A stretch of 64,000 bases of DNA from Microthrixaceae bacterium (lineage in GTDB: Bacteria; Actinomycetota; Acidimicrobiia; Acidimicrobiales; VFJN01), in the NCBI GenBank assembly GCA_052390255.1, contig JBQTHC010000007.1, positions 2,745 to 66,744 of the forward strand, given 5' to 3'. Positions 22,529 to 32,246 of this stretch are shown piece by piece (the stretch's first letter is position 1; each line of letters starts with the position of its first letter). Below the pieces are notes generated by a model. That model was not told the origin of the DNA and ran no database searches. It saw only the letters and a list, made by a program, of their open reading frames with translations. Both the position numbers and the translations under genes were made by a program.

Positions 22529-23425
22529 ATGGCCATCAAGCTCGACTACGTCGCCCGCGAGACCGCGAGCAACCTGTTCCGGAACGTCACGCTCACGCTG
22601 GCGTCGGTGCTCACCGTGGTGGTGTCGCTCACCCTGTTCGGGTCTGCGCTCCTGCTCCGGCAGGGCGTCGAGAACGCGAACGACCGCTTCAAGGGCGGCA
22701 TCGAGTTCATCGTCTACCTCCAGCCGAAGATCGGCGACGAGCAGAAGGCCTCGATCCAGCGAGACCTCGAGGCGAACCCCGACGTGAAAACGGCGACCTA
22801 CGTCAACCAGGACCAGACCTACGAGGAGTTCAAGCGCCTGTTCGCGAGCTCGCCCCAGCTGCTCGACACGGTCACGCCGGAGGCCCTGCCGCCCTCGTTC
22901 CGGGTGGCGCCGCGCATCCAGGATCCCGAGGTCGTGAAGGCGCTCGGCGACCAGTTCACCGGCAAGCCCGGCGTCTACGAGGTGGTGTTCGCGTTCGAGG
23001 TCGTGCAGCGGATCCAGGAGACCTTCAACAAGATCGGCGTCCGGTTCCTGCTCGCGGCGGTGCTGCTCCTCGTCGCTGCGCTCATGCTGATCCTGAACAC
23101 GATCCGCGTCGCGATGTTCGCCCGCCGGCGAGAGATCGAGGTGATGAAGCTCGTCGGGGCGACGAACTGGTTCATCCGCGTGCCGTTCATCGTGGAGGGC
23201 ATCATCCAGACGCTCCTGGGTGCGGCGGTCGCCGTCGGCTTCATGACGTTCCTCGTGCGCCCGTTCATCGACGAGCTCTCACGTGACCGCGTGCTGCCGA
23301 TCTTCCAGGGCTTCGTCGTCACCGACTCGAACCTCATCTACACGAACGTGTTCGTGGTCGGCGTCGCCGTGCTGATCGGGGCGATCGGATCCGCGGTCGC
23401 GGTGTCCCGCTTCCTCGACGTCTGA
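22529..23425 (+). CDS. ftsX: Cell division permease FtsX
   Basis: NTIRVAMFARRREIEVMKLVGATNWFIRVPF motif. Confidence 0.95.
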   Translation: MAIKLDYVARETASNLFRNVTLTLASVLTVVVSLTLFGSALLLRQGVENANDRFKGGIEFIVYLQPKIGDEQKASIQRDLEANPDVKTATYVNQDQTYEEFKRLFASSPQLLDTVTPEALPPSFRVAPRIQDPEVVKALGDQFTGKPGVYEVVFAFEVVQRIQETFNKIGVRFLLAAVLLLVAALMLILNTIRVAMFARRREIEVMKLVGATNWFIRVPFIVEGIIQTLLGAAVAVGFMTFLVRPFIDELSRDRVLPIFQGFVVTDSNLIYTNVFVVGVAVLIGAIGSAVAVSRFLDV

Positions 23426-23434
23426 GTCGCCGCG

Positions 23435-24340
23435 TCAGCCTGGGGAGATCGCGAGCGGGCTCGGCGGGTAGCCGGCGCCGGCCATCACCTGTCGCGACAT
23501 CGGCGTGAGCAGGTCGATGAGCTCTTCGAAGTCCTCACCCAAGGCAGCGATCGCGGGTGCCATCTGTGCGTCGGTCGCGAGCTCCACCGCCTCGCGCGCG
23601 GCGCGTCCCTCGGCGGTGACCGCGCCGTCGTCGTCGAGGAGCCCGGCCGAGCGCAGCCGCTCCTCGGCTGCGTCGAGCTGCGCGTCGCTCCACGCCCGCG
23701 TGCGGATGTACGTGCGTGACGGGATGCCCCAGTACGGCTCCGTGAGCAGCCCGATCTCCACGGCGTCGAAGCCCGCGGCCACCCAGACCGCGATGTGGCT
23801 GTCGCCGCGGAACTCGCGGAGGCGATCGCCGAGGCGGAACAGGTCGCCGAGCGGCGTCCCGGGGAGCGGCTGTGACAGGGTGCCGGCGAACAGCGCCCGG
23901 CCCCACGGCTCGAGCGGCGCGGTGGCCCGAGCGAGGAGCTCGGCGGTGCGCTCGACGCCCTCCGGGCGCTCGCCGAGCAGCCGCGCGAGCTGCTCGACGG
24001 CACCGAAGAGCCGCTCGTCGGCGATCGTGGCGGCGTCGGTGAGCGTCCAGCCGTACGAGACCGCGGGGACCACGACCTCGGGGTTGAACACGCCGAACGC
24101 GGCGGCGACCAGCTCCCCGGGCGCCTGTCCGAGCGCGGACCCTCGGCTCGTGAAGTATGCGGGCCCGTCGGGGAAGGCCACACCATCGCGGCTGCTCCCC
24201 GGGCTCGCGCCGAAGCCGAGCGCGGCATAGCGCTCGTGGCACTCGGGCGCGAAGAACACCTGGCCGACGACTGGCTCGATCGCCCGCGCCAGCGCCCGGG
24301 CGGCGTCGCGAACGTGGTCCGTGGCTGGTGCGGTCGGCAT
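23435..24340 (-). CDS. SCO6745/HTH_67-like conserved actinobacterial protein
   Basis: YFTSRGSALG...AAFGVFNP, LREFRGDSHIA, R.W..A..RL...G motifs. Confidence 0.75.
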   Translation of the reverse strand: MPTAPATDHVRDAARALARAIEPVVGQVFFAPECHERYAALGFGASPGSSRDGVAFPDGPAYFTSRGSALGQAPGELVAAAFGVFNPEVVVPAVSYGWTLTDAATIADERLFGAVEQLARLLGERPEGVERTAELLARATAPLEPWGRALFAGTLSQPLPGTPLGDLFRLGDRLREFRGDSHIAVWVAAGFDAVEIGLLTEPYWGIPSRTYIRTRAWSDAQLDAAEERLRSAGLLDDDGAVTAEGRAAREAVELATDAQMAPAIAALGEDFEELIDLLTPMSRQVMAGAGYPPSPLAISPG

Positions 24341-24361
24341 CCGTGGGACCCTACTGCTGCC

Positions 24362-25300
24362 ATGAGCAGCCCCGACCCGGCCGGCCGAGCGCGCGGCGCG
24401 TCCTCTCTCGACTTCGCGCTGCTCGCGGTCGCGATCGTGGCCGTGTCGACCTCCGCGCCGCTCATCCGTGGTGCGGCCGGACCTGCGCTCGCGATCGCCT
24501 TCTGGCGGAACGCGCTGTCGGTTCCCGTGGTCGGCGGGTGGGTGGCGCTGCGGGCACCCGAGCGCGTTGCTCGTGCGAGCCGCACGGCCGAGGAGCGACG
24601 GCTGAGCCGGATCTCGGGCGCGCTGCTCGCCGCGCACTTCGCCACCTGGATCCCCAGCCTCTCGTACACCTCCGTCGCCTCGTCGGTCGCCCTCGTGGCA
24701 ACCCAACCCGTGTGGGCGGCACTGATCGCGCGCCAGCGTGGCCACCGAGTGGCACCGGGCACCTGGCTCGGCATCGGACTCGCGTTGGTCGGCGCGCTCG
24801 TGCTCACCGGCATCGACGTGTCGATCTCCACTCGAGCGCTCGCCGGCGACGCGCTCGCCATCGCCGGCGGTGTGCTCGCGGCGGCGTACGTCACGGTGGG
24901 AGCCGAGGTGCGCCGCACGGTGTCGACGGGTGTGTACGCGCTTTCTTGCTATTCGACCGCGGCGGTCCTCCTGCTCGTCGTGTGCCTGATCGGACGTCAG
25001 CCACTGTGGGGATACGGCGCGGACACCTGGTGGGCGATCGTGGGCCTCGTTGTCGGGGCCCAGCTGCTCGGCCACACGCTCGTCAACCGGGTGTTGCGCT
25101 CGATCAGCCCCACCATCGTGTCGGTGGCGATCCTCTTCGAGATCCTCGGCGCGACGCTCCTCGCACGCGTGGCGTTCGACGAGACGCCACCCGCGGGCGC
25201 ATGGCCCGCCGCGCTCCTCATCGCCGCGGGAGTGGTGGCGGTGGTCCGATCCGACCAAGATGCGGCCGACCTCGTCGAGCCTGGAGGCGTCATCACATGA
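24362..25300 (+). CDS. DMT/EamA family transporter
   Basis: About 10 TM; HFATWIPSLSYTSVASS, QLLGHTL. Confidence 0.88.
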   Translation: MSSPDPAGRARGASSLDFALLAVAIVAVSTSAPLIRGAAGPALAIAFWRNALSVPVVGGWVALRAPERVARASRTAEERRLSRISGALLAAHFATWIPSLSYTSVASSVALVATQPVWAALIARQRGHRVAPGTWLGIGLALVGALVLTGIDVSISTRALAGDALAIAGGVLAAAYVTVGAEVRRTVSTGVYALSCYSTAAVLLLVVCLIGRQPLWGYGADTWWAIVGLVVGAQLLGHTLVNRVLRSISPTIVSVAILFEILGATLLARVAFDETPPAGAWPAALLIAAGVVAVVRSDQDAADLVEPGGVIT

Positions 25301-26106
25301 GCGACCCGAGCACCGCTCGCTTCGTGCCGGTCCTGGAGCTGCCCGACGACTGGAGCGGCGCGGTCACCGTCGTGGTGCAGCAGGGTCAGGTCCTCGTGGT
25401 CGACGAGCATCCCGACGACATCGCGCCCGGCGTGCCGTCGATCGTGCTCGGAACGCTCGACGGCGCCGGCTGCTGGGCGGTCGACCTCGACGGCGACGGC
25501 GTGCCGGACCTCGCGATCGACGGCCTCGTGCCGCTCATGGGCCTCTACGGCCGCGTCGACGACGTCCGCTGGACGCTGGCGGGCCGCGCCGTGCAGCTCG
25601 TGGAGTGGGAGCGCACCACGCAGTTCTGCGGACGCTGCGCCACGCCCACCGAACCAGCGCCGGGGGAGCGGGCTCGGCGCTGCCCGAGCTGTGGGCTGTT
25701 GGCCTTCCCGCGCCTCGCGCCGGCCGTGATCACGCTCATCGAGCGCGACGGTGAGGCGCTCCTGGCCCGCGGGCGGACGTTCCCCCTGCCGATGTACAGC
25801 TGCGTGGCCGGGTTCGTCGAGCCGGGCGAGACACTCGAGGAGGCCGTGCGGCGCGAGGTGCGCGAGGAGGTCGGTGTGACGCTCGCCGACGTTCGCTACA
25901 CCGCGAGCCAGCCCTGGCCGTTCCCGCACTCGCTGATGATCGGGTTCGAGGCCACGTGGGCGTCGGGCGACATCGAGATCGATGAGCGCGAGATCGTGGA
26001 CGCGCAGTGGTTCAGGCCCGACGACCTCCCGATGATCCCGCCGGGGATGAGCATCGCCCGCACGTTGATCGACCGCTGGCTCGACCGCGCTGGCCGCCCG
26101 CTCTGA
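25297..26106 (+). CDS. nudC: NAD(H) diphosphatase NudC
   Basis: FCGRC...CPSC zinc ribbon, Nudix box GFVEPGETLEEAVRREVREEVG, SQPWPFPHS. Confidence 0.93.
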   Translation: MSDPSTARFVPVLELPDDWSGAVTVVVQQGQVLVVDEHPDDIAPGVPSIVLGTLDGAGCWAVDLDGDGVPDLAIDGLVPLMGLYGRVDDVRWTLAGRAVQLVEWERTTQFCGRCATPTEPAPGERARRCPSCGLLAFPRLAPAVITLIERDGEALLARGRTFPLPMYSCVAGFVEPGETLEEAVRREVREEVGVTLADVRYTASQPWPFPHSLMIGFEATWASGDIEIDEREIVDAQWFRPDDLPMIPPGMSIARTLIDRWLDRAGRPL

Positions 26107-26113
26107 GCGGTCA

Positions 26114-26791
26114 TCAGTCGCGCTCGAGGCGCCACCCGTCGGGCAGCATCCACAGGCGGTGGCGCGGCCCGGAGATGTTCGGGTTGTTCGCGTCGTAGCC
26201 GGCGTCGCCCGCCCAGAGCGCCACGGCACCACCGTCGATCACGCCCCAGCGGGTCGCGTAGCGGGGCACGGGCCGCCGGGCCGACGCACCGGCGAGGGCG
26301 GCGTCGACGTCGTCGTGCGCGGCGAGATCGGCGAGCGTGACGTACGTCGGGGGTGCAAGGTCGACCTCGCCGCGCTCCCGACGTTCCAGCACCTCGCCCG
26401 GCGGGAGCCATGCGTGATCGCGGATCTCGCCGCCGTCGACGAGCACGTCGCCCTCGGTTGCGCGCGCCACGAAGAACCAGGTGGCGTAGCGCCTCGGCGT
26501 CTCGATCGGCGGGGTCCAGTGCGAGAACGCGACGAGCTCGCTCGTGGCGATGTGCAGTCCGCACTCCTCAGCCGCCTCACGAGCCGCGGCACGGCGCGCA
26601 GCGTCCTCGTCGTCGGCGTCGTCGGCTCGACGGTCACCGTCGTCGACGCGACCACCCGGGAACACCCACATGCCGCCGAACGCGACCGCTGACGTGCGAT
26701 GCAGCATCAGCGTCTCGAGTCCCCCGGGCGCGTCCCGCAGCAGGATCACGGTTGCGGCCGGGATCGCGGGAGGCAGGTCGGCGTCGCTCAC
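26114..26791 (-). CDS. NUDIX hydrolase (NUDT19-like)
   Basis: PAATVILLRD, VFPGGRVD...REAAEECG, HWTPP...RRYATWFF. Confidence 0.85.
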   Translation of the reverse strand: MSDADLPPAIPAATVILLRDAPGGLETLMLHRTSAVAFGGMWVFPGGRVDDGDRRADDADDEDAARRAAAREAAEECGLHIATSELVAFSHWTPPIETPRRYATWFFVARATEGDVLVDGGEIRDHAWLPPGEVLERRERGEVDLAPPTYVTLADLAAHDDVDAALAGASARRPVPRYATRWGVIDGGAVALWAGDAGYDANNPNISGPRHRLWMLPDGWRLERD

Positions 26792-26812
26792 CGGGGCATG
26801 CTCCCACGCGCC

Positions 26813-27301
26813 TCACGCATCAGGACCCCACTGCCGGCGAGCGTCCTCGAGCCAGGCCGGCAGGTCGATGGGTGGGTCCGGGAGCTCGCGCACGCCGCGC
26901 GCTGCGCGGAGCGCGTCGACGAGCTCGGGCTGATCACCCCACGATCGCGGGTCGCCGAGCATCACCTCGAACATCGTCACGCCGTCGGGTCCGGCGAGGA
27001 AGGGACCGAACGCAGCGCCCTGCGGCAGCTCGATGTGGGTTCCGGCCTGGCAGTCGACGTCACCGCAGCGGATCGACCCCGCGATCACGAACACCACGTG
27101 TGGGCTCCGGTGACCGTGACGCCGCACGATCATCCCGGGGTCGTACCGCGCGTAGAGCGACAGGTAAGGCGGGTCGGCGTTGAAGGCGAGCCACTTCTCC
27201 CAGACCGACGAGGTGGACCCGTCCGCGTTCTGCTGCCGCTTCACCTCCTGCCACGGCACGTCAGGGTCGTCGAGGTGCCGGAAGGTGGGAAGCGGCGTCA
27301 C
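26813..27301 (-). CDS. Cupin-fold hypothetical protein
   Basis: HGHRSPHVVFVIAG...AGTHIELPQG...GP cupin-like pattern. Confidence 0.65.
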   Translation of the reverse strand: MTPLPTFRHLDDPDVPWQEVKRQQNADGSTSSVWEKWLAFNADPPYLSLYARYDPGMIVRRHGHRSPHVVFVIAGSIRCGDVDCQAGTHIELPQGAAFGPFLAGPDGVTMFEVMLGDPRSWGDQPELVDALRAARGVRELPDPPIDLPAWLEDARRQWGPDA

Positions 27302-27352
27302 ACGGCGAAGGTAGCCCTCGCCGCGGGCAGCTCGGCGTGCGAGCGCTGCTCG

Positions 27353-28288
27353 CTAGCGGGCGACCCAGTGGCTCGCGCAGTACGCGTTGCGTGCGGCGGC
27401 CGTGCCGTTGGTGATGCCGTTGTAGAGGTAGCTCTGCCGGAGCGTGAGGGCCGTGTAGGCCGCGGCATCCTCGATCTCCTGCGCGACCTGCGCCCGCTGG
27501 GCGTCCGACGTGGCCATGGCGAGCCGCTCGGCGTTGCGCCACGCAGCTTCGCGCCAGCTCACGAGGAGCTGCACCATCGCCGAGTTGTCCATCGACGTGC
27601 CCGGGACGTCACCGTCGTCGATCGTCGGGTCGAGGTACTTCGCTGCCTCGGTGAGCAGGTACTTGTTCACCGCGTTGAGGAAGTCGTTGACCCGGTCATG
27701 GTCCGGCTTGCGGCTCGAGCCGTCCGGCTTGACGAGTCCGATGGCGTTCAGCACGAACGGGAGGTCGCGGTTCACGTGGGCGTTCATGCCGAGCAGCACG
27801 TTGCCCATGCCGGTGATCTCCTGGCGGTCCGCCGCCTGGAACGCGATGCGCCATGCCGGCGGGACGTCGGCCACGTCGCCGTGCTTCCAGGCGTCGTAGG
27901 CGCGGAAGTAGAAGTCGCCGAAGACGGCATCCTGATGGTTCACGAACGCGTTGTCCTCGAAGAAGCTCGGGTCCGTGACGGCCTTGCGGTACTCCTGGGT
28001 GGTCACGAGATAGGTGAACGCGAACATCGAGCTCTGATCGCACCCGAGCCGGTTGTAGCGCCGCGTCATCTCCCGGATCACGTTGTCGACGCACTTCGTG
28101 CTGCCCTTCGGGCAGTCGTTCTCCGTGCTCGAGGTGAAGTCGGAGGCGACGCTCGGCAGGAAGGTCGACCAGCCGAGGAAGAACGGGTCGTCATAGGAGC
28201 CCGCGACGGCGGGCGCCGCGCTCGCGATCAGGCCGCCGATCACCAGCCCGGTGAGTCCGATCAGCGTTCGAGTCCGCCCTGCGCCCAT
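27353..28288 (-). CDS. Secreted DUF5995-like protein
   Basis: Signal peptide; PPAWRIAF, LGMNAHVNRDLP, DHDRVN; GGAGG RBS. Confidence 0.75.
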   Translation of the reverse strand: MGAGRTRTLIGLTGLVIGGLIASAAPAVAGSYDDPFFLGWSTFLPSVASDFTSSTENDCPKGSTKCVDNVIREMTRRYNRLGCDQSSMFAFTYLVTTQEYRKAVTDPSFFEDNAFVNHQDAVFGDFYFRAYDAWKHGDVADVPPAWRIAFQAADRQEITGMGNVLLGMNAHVNRDLPFVLNAIGLVKPDGSSRKPDHDRVNDFLNAVNKYLLTEAAKYLDPTIDDGDVPGTSMDNSAMVQLLVSWREAAWRNAERLAMATSDAQRAQVAQEIEDAAAYTALTLRQSYLYNGITNGTAAARNAYCASHWVAR

Positions 28289-28422
28289 TGATCCCTCCAA
28301 GTGGCTCCCCTCCCACCGAATGTGACAGGTGAGCCATGGACTGTGAATCACCCGACCGGGTGGTTTTCCTCTAGTCAGATCGAGGCCCGTGACAGTCGGC
28401 GAGATCGAACTACCGTCGCTCC

Positions 28423-29940
28423 GTGCCCGCACCCGCTGCAGCTTCCGTCGACCGCGCCCTCGAGGTGCTGCTCGATCCCGACCTCGACGCGATCGTCGAC
28501 GCGGTCATGCGGCAGGTCGGCGACGACACCTACGAGGTGTGCGCCGCCGACGGGACCGCACGCGTGCGGCGCATGCCTGAAGGCGCATCGTGGCACTTCG
28601 AGGTCGACGTGCTCGAGGGCAACAACCCCTTCGAGGACCGCTCCACCGATCGCTTCGCCGGCCTGCACGCCGAGCTCGACCAGCGTCACCCGCATCGTCG
28701 CGACAACGCGTACCCGTTCGCCTACCACCAGCTCGCGCAGCTGTGGGACTCGCCGTGCGCACCCGACCTCGCGGTGCTGCACAGCGCGTCGCACAACTGG
28801 GAGGACCAGGGTGGTCATCTCGGTGAGCACGGCTCGATCGGGGTGGTGCAGGCGCGTGCTCCGTTCATCATCGGTGGCGCCGGCGTGCGCGCGCTCGGTC
28901 GCGTCGACCGGTCGTGTCGGCTCATCGACGTCGCACCGACCGTGCTCGCGCTCCTCGGCGTCGCGGAGCGCGACGGCGTCGGCGAGAACGGGCTGCCCCG
29001 AGCGGCGCGGTTGGCTCGTCAGGACGGCGAGGTGATCGCTGACCTGCTCGACGGGCGCGAGCCCGAGCACGTCGTCGGCTTCCTGATGGACGGCACCAAC
29101 CCGAACGTGCTCCACGACGCCATCGACCGGAGAGAGGCACCGAACCTCGCGCGCATCGCGGCGATGGGGACCACGATGGGTCACGGCGCGATGGCGTCGT
29201 TCCCCACGGTCACGCTCGCGAACCACACGAGCATCCTCACGGGATGCCACCCTGGCCATCACGGCGTGCTGCACAACGCGTGGTACGACCGAGCGCTCGG
29301 TCAGCAGGTGATCACGAACTCGCCCGACACGTGGGCCACGTCGATGCAGTGGCTCCGTCCCGACGTCGAGACGATCCACCAGGCGTTGCACCGTCGCGAG
29401 CCGCAGTCGTTCACCGCGTCCGTGAACGAGATGTGCGACGTCGGCGCCGACTTCTCCACCTTCGATCTCATGCGTCGCCGCGCCCGCCTGGCATTCCCGA
29501 AGCAGCCCGAGGGGCTGCCGAACAGCACGGAGCGGTTCGTGCGGCCGCACAAGGACTACGCCTGGTTCACGCAGGTCGACCACCACGGCATGCAGCAGGC
29601 CGTGGGGATCTGGCAGGGCGCGTTCCTTGACGTGGAGTACCCGCTGCCACGCTTCATGTGGGTGAACTTCTCGCTCACCGACACTGCGTTCCACCACGGG
29701 GGTCCGCACTCCGAGATCGCCCGTGCGTCGATCGCCGACACCGATGCCCGCATCGGCGAGGTGCTGGCCGCGGTCGAGGCCGCAGGCCGCTTCGACGAGA
29801 CCGCGTTCTTCGTCGTGGCCGATCACGGCATGGAGGAGAGCAACCCGGCCGTCACCGGCGACTGGGGCGTGTCGCTGCGCACCGCGGGCCTCGAGTTCCG
29901 CGACGAGGCCTACGGCTTCCTCTACCTCGACGTCACCTGA
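28423..29940 (+). CDS. Alkaline phosphatase superfamily (NPP/phosphonoacetate hydrolase-like) enzyme, circularly permuted
   Basis: MDG, FPTVTLANH, DTAFH, DHG, GEHG and DVAPT motifs, with GEHG/DVAPT placed N-terminally. Confidence 0.82.
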   Translation: MPAPAAASVDRALEVLLDPDLDAIVDAVMRQVGDDTYEVCAADGTARVRRMPEGASWHFEVDVLEGNNPFEDRSTDRFAGLHAELDQRHPHRRDNAYPFAYHQLAQLWDSPCAPDLAVLHSASHNWEDQGGHLGEHGSIGVVQARAPFIIGGAGVRALGRVDRSCRLIDVAPTVLALLGVAERDGVGENGLPRAARLARQDGEVIADLLDGREPEHVVGFLMDGTNPNVLHDAIDRREAPNLARIAAMGTTMGHGAMASFPTVTLANHTSILTGCHPGHHGVLHNAWYDRALGQQVITNSPDTWATSMQWLRPDVETIHQALHRREPQSFTASVNEMCDVGADFSTFDLMRRRARLAFPKQPEGLPNSTERFVRPHKDYAWFTQVDHHGMQQAVGIWQGAFLDVEYPLPRFMWVNFSLTDTAFHHGGPHSEIARASIADTDARIGEVLAAVEAAGRFDETAFFVVADHGMEESNPAVTGDWGVSLRTAGLEFRDEAYGFLYLDVT

Positions 29941-29981
29941 TCGCCCGACCCCGGATCACATCGACCGGTACGGTGGCGCCG

Positions 29982-30248
29982 GTGGGCAGCACGCGAGTAC
30001 CCGGTGGTGTGGTGCACAAGCTCCCCGGTGACCTGCGCGACGCGCTGGTCACCAACCCCGTGGCGCTCGCCGCGTGGAGGGACGTCACCCCACTGGCGCG
30101 CAACGAGTTCATCTGCTGGGTCGAGGACGCCAAGCAGGAGGCCACTCGGCTGCGGCGCATTCGCCGGACCCAGGAGGAGCTCGAAGAGGGTCAGCGGCGG
30201 CCGTGCTGCTGGCCGGGGTGCAAGCACCGCGAGCGCACCGGCAGGTAG
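29982..30248 (+). CDS. YdeI/OmpD-associated family small protein
   Basis: LPGDLRDAL...W..VTPLARNEFICWVEDAKQ..TR.RRI; C-terminal RPCCWPGC. Confidence 0.82.
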   Translation: MGSTRVPGGVVHKLPGDLRDALVTNPVALAAWRDVTPLARNEFICWVEDAKQEATRLRRIRRTQEELEEGQRRPCCWPGCKHRERTGR

Positions 30249-30327
30249 TCGCCGCACCGGTCCGTTCAGCCGGAGACCGTGATGCGCGGCACCCGCTCGC
30301 GAGGTCGTCGAGCGCGCCCCGCCGGGC

Positions 30328-31275
30328 TCAGCCGTAGCGCTCGACGAGCGCACTGCCGATCGATGCGAGGTGGTCGCGCACCCCTTGCGGGCCGGTGATC
30401 TCGAGCCATTCGACGAGCCCGGCAAGCTCGCCGGCGAGGGCGTACTCGTCGTGGCCGCGGATCACGACTTCGATCCGGCCGTCGGGCGTGGCACCACCAA
30501 CTTCGAGGCGGCCGCCGAGGATCATCCGGAGCAGGCCGATCCCGTCGGGCGCGCACACGGCCTGGGCCTCGAGCGGTGTGCGCGTTCGGTCGACCTCGTC
30601 GGCGATCTCGCGCCAGCTCTCGGCAAGGTCAAACCCCTCGGGCCGTAGCGCAGGATCGTCGGTCAGCTCGAGCGAGGAGACACGGTCGATCCGGAACGTG
30701 CGTCGACCGGCGTCCGTGTCAGAGACCAGGTACCAGGTCGGGCCCTTGGCGACGAGACCCAGTGGGTGGACGGTCCGCTCGGTCTCGGAGCCCTTTCGGT
30801 CGACGTAGCCGAGCCGCACCTGGACGCCACGGATCACTGCCTCTTGGAGCTCGTCGAGGAATCGGGGTGGTCGGTGCTCGACCTGGCTCGATCCCCAGTG
30901 TCGAGGGTCGACGACCACCGATGTCGCGGCTGCCTCGGCCTGTTCCCGGAAGGGTTCGGGCAGGGCGCGCACGAGCTTGCGGAGCGCGGCCTTCACAGCC
31001 GGGGTTGCGGTCGAGGCTGGTCCGGCTACCAGGAACAGGGCGCGGGCCTCGCTCGCGGTCAATCCCGACAGGTCGGTGCGAGCGCCCCCCAGGAGGCGCC
31101 ACCCGCCTCTTCGGCCCTGCATGGAGTACACGGGCACGCCAGCCACAGCCAGCGCGTCGAGGTCGCGGCGCGCGGTGCGCTCGGAGACCTCCAGCTCCAC
31201 GGCGACCTCTGCGGCGGTCACCTGCTCGCGCTGTTGCAGCAGCAAGAGGAGGGCCAACAGGCGGTCAGCTCGCAT
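30328..31275 (-). CDS. YafY-type HTH-WYL transcriptional regulator
   Basis: MRADRLL...EVSERTARRD HTH; HPLGLVAKGPTWYL; RTFRIDR. Confidence 0.93.
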   Translation of the reverse strand: MRADRLLALLLLLQQREQVTAAEVAVELEVSERTARRDLDALAVAGVPVYSMQGRRGGWRLLGGARTDLSGLTASEARALFLVAGPASTATPAVKAALRKLVRALPEPFREQAEAAATSVVVDPRHWGSSQVEHRPPRFLDELQEAVIRGVQVRLGYVDRKGSETERTVHPLGLVAKGPTWYLVSDTDAGRRTFRIDRVSSLELTDDPALRPEGFDLAESWREIADEVDRTRTPLEAQAVCAPDGIGLLRMILGGRLEVGGATPDGRIEVVIRGHDEYALAGELAGLVEWLEITGPQGVRDHLASIGSALVERYG

Positions 31276-31293
31276 CCGACGACACTTTCACAT

Positions 31294-31320
31294 CAAACCG
31301 GTCATGACGTGACCGGTTTG
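31294..31320. promoter_or_regulatory. Perfect 11-bp inverted repeat, probable WYL-regulator operator
   Basis: CAAACCGGTCA-N5-TGACCGGTTTG in the 63-bp gap between divergent genes. Confidence 0.75.
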
Positions 31321-31338
31321 GTTCGGCACGATGGCGGC

Positions 31339-31980
31339 ATGACCAACTCGACCAGCGCAACCACGAACCACGTCGTCGACCCCCGACCGCTCCTCGACCG
31401 TGCCATCGCCACCGGCGGGGCCGTGATCGCGGGCGTCCGGTCCGACCAGCTCACCGCACCGACGCCGTGCCCCGAGATGGACGTGCGCGCGATGCTCGGC
31501 CACCTCGTCGTCGTGCTGGACCGCATCGCCGCGCTCGGCAACGGCGAAGACCCCTTCTCCGTGATCGAAGGCACCGCATCCGGCGACGACTGGTCCGACG
31601 CGTGGGCAACCGCGGGCGCGCACGCAGCCGATGCGTGGCGCGACGACGCCGTGCTGGAACGACCCATGGCACTGCCCTGGATCCAGGGGAGCGGCGCGGA
31701 GCTGCTGACGTCCTACCTCTCCGAGCTGACCGTCCACACGTGGGACCTCGCGACCGCGACCGGCCAGCAGCCCGAGTGGGACGACACCGTCGTCACCGCG
31801 GCGCTCGAGGCGCGCCCGATCCTGCCGGCGGAGAACCGCCGGGCGCTCTTCGAGGAGATCTCGGCCGCCATGGGCCTCGACGAGGTGGCCATCCCGTTCG
31901 CCGAGGCGGTCCCCGTCCCCGACGACGCCACCGCGATCGACCGCCTCGTCGCGTGGAACGGCCGGGACCCCCGGGGGTAA
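31339..31980 (+). CDS. TIGR03086 family / MDMPI-N (DinB-like) metal-binding protein
   Basis: PTPCPEMDVRAMLGHL, ELTVHTWDLATATGQ, DRLVAWNGRDP. Confidence 0.88.
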   Translation: MTNSTSATTNHVVDPRPLLDRAIATGGAVIAGVRSDQLTAPTPCPEMDVRAMLGHLVVVLDRIAALGNGEDPFSVIEGTASGDDWSDAWATAGAHAADAWRDDAVLERPMALPWIQGSGAELLTSYLSELTVHTWDLATATGQQPEWDDTVVTAALEARPILPAENRRALFEEISAAMGLDEVAIPFAEAVPVPDDATAIDRLVAWNGRDPRG

Positions 31981-32246
31981 TGCCGGCTCAACGGCGCGGC
32001 TGTCCCGAGATCGGTCACAGTCCAGAGCGCGTTGGAGGCGATGTCACCCGGCGCCGACATCGGGACATCTGCCAGCCCGTGCGCTCGACTCAACCAGGAT
32101 CCCGCTGAGAGGCCGAAACCTCTGCGCCGGTGCGGCGGAGGTGACGACCGTGAGGCCCTTCCGCGGATGTCCCTCACCGGGCAGTGAGGACGCATCCCCT
32201 TAAGGCCGAGGGTAGGTTCTCGCCTTCGCAACAGTGGGGGGAAGTG

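Noticed and set aside
31188-31201. 14-bp match CCTCCAGCTCCACG to the tmRNA 3' end as a possible att site
   Set aside because: Inverted relative to ssrA and encodes conserved HTH residues (VELEV) of the WYL regulator; coincidental
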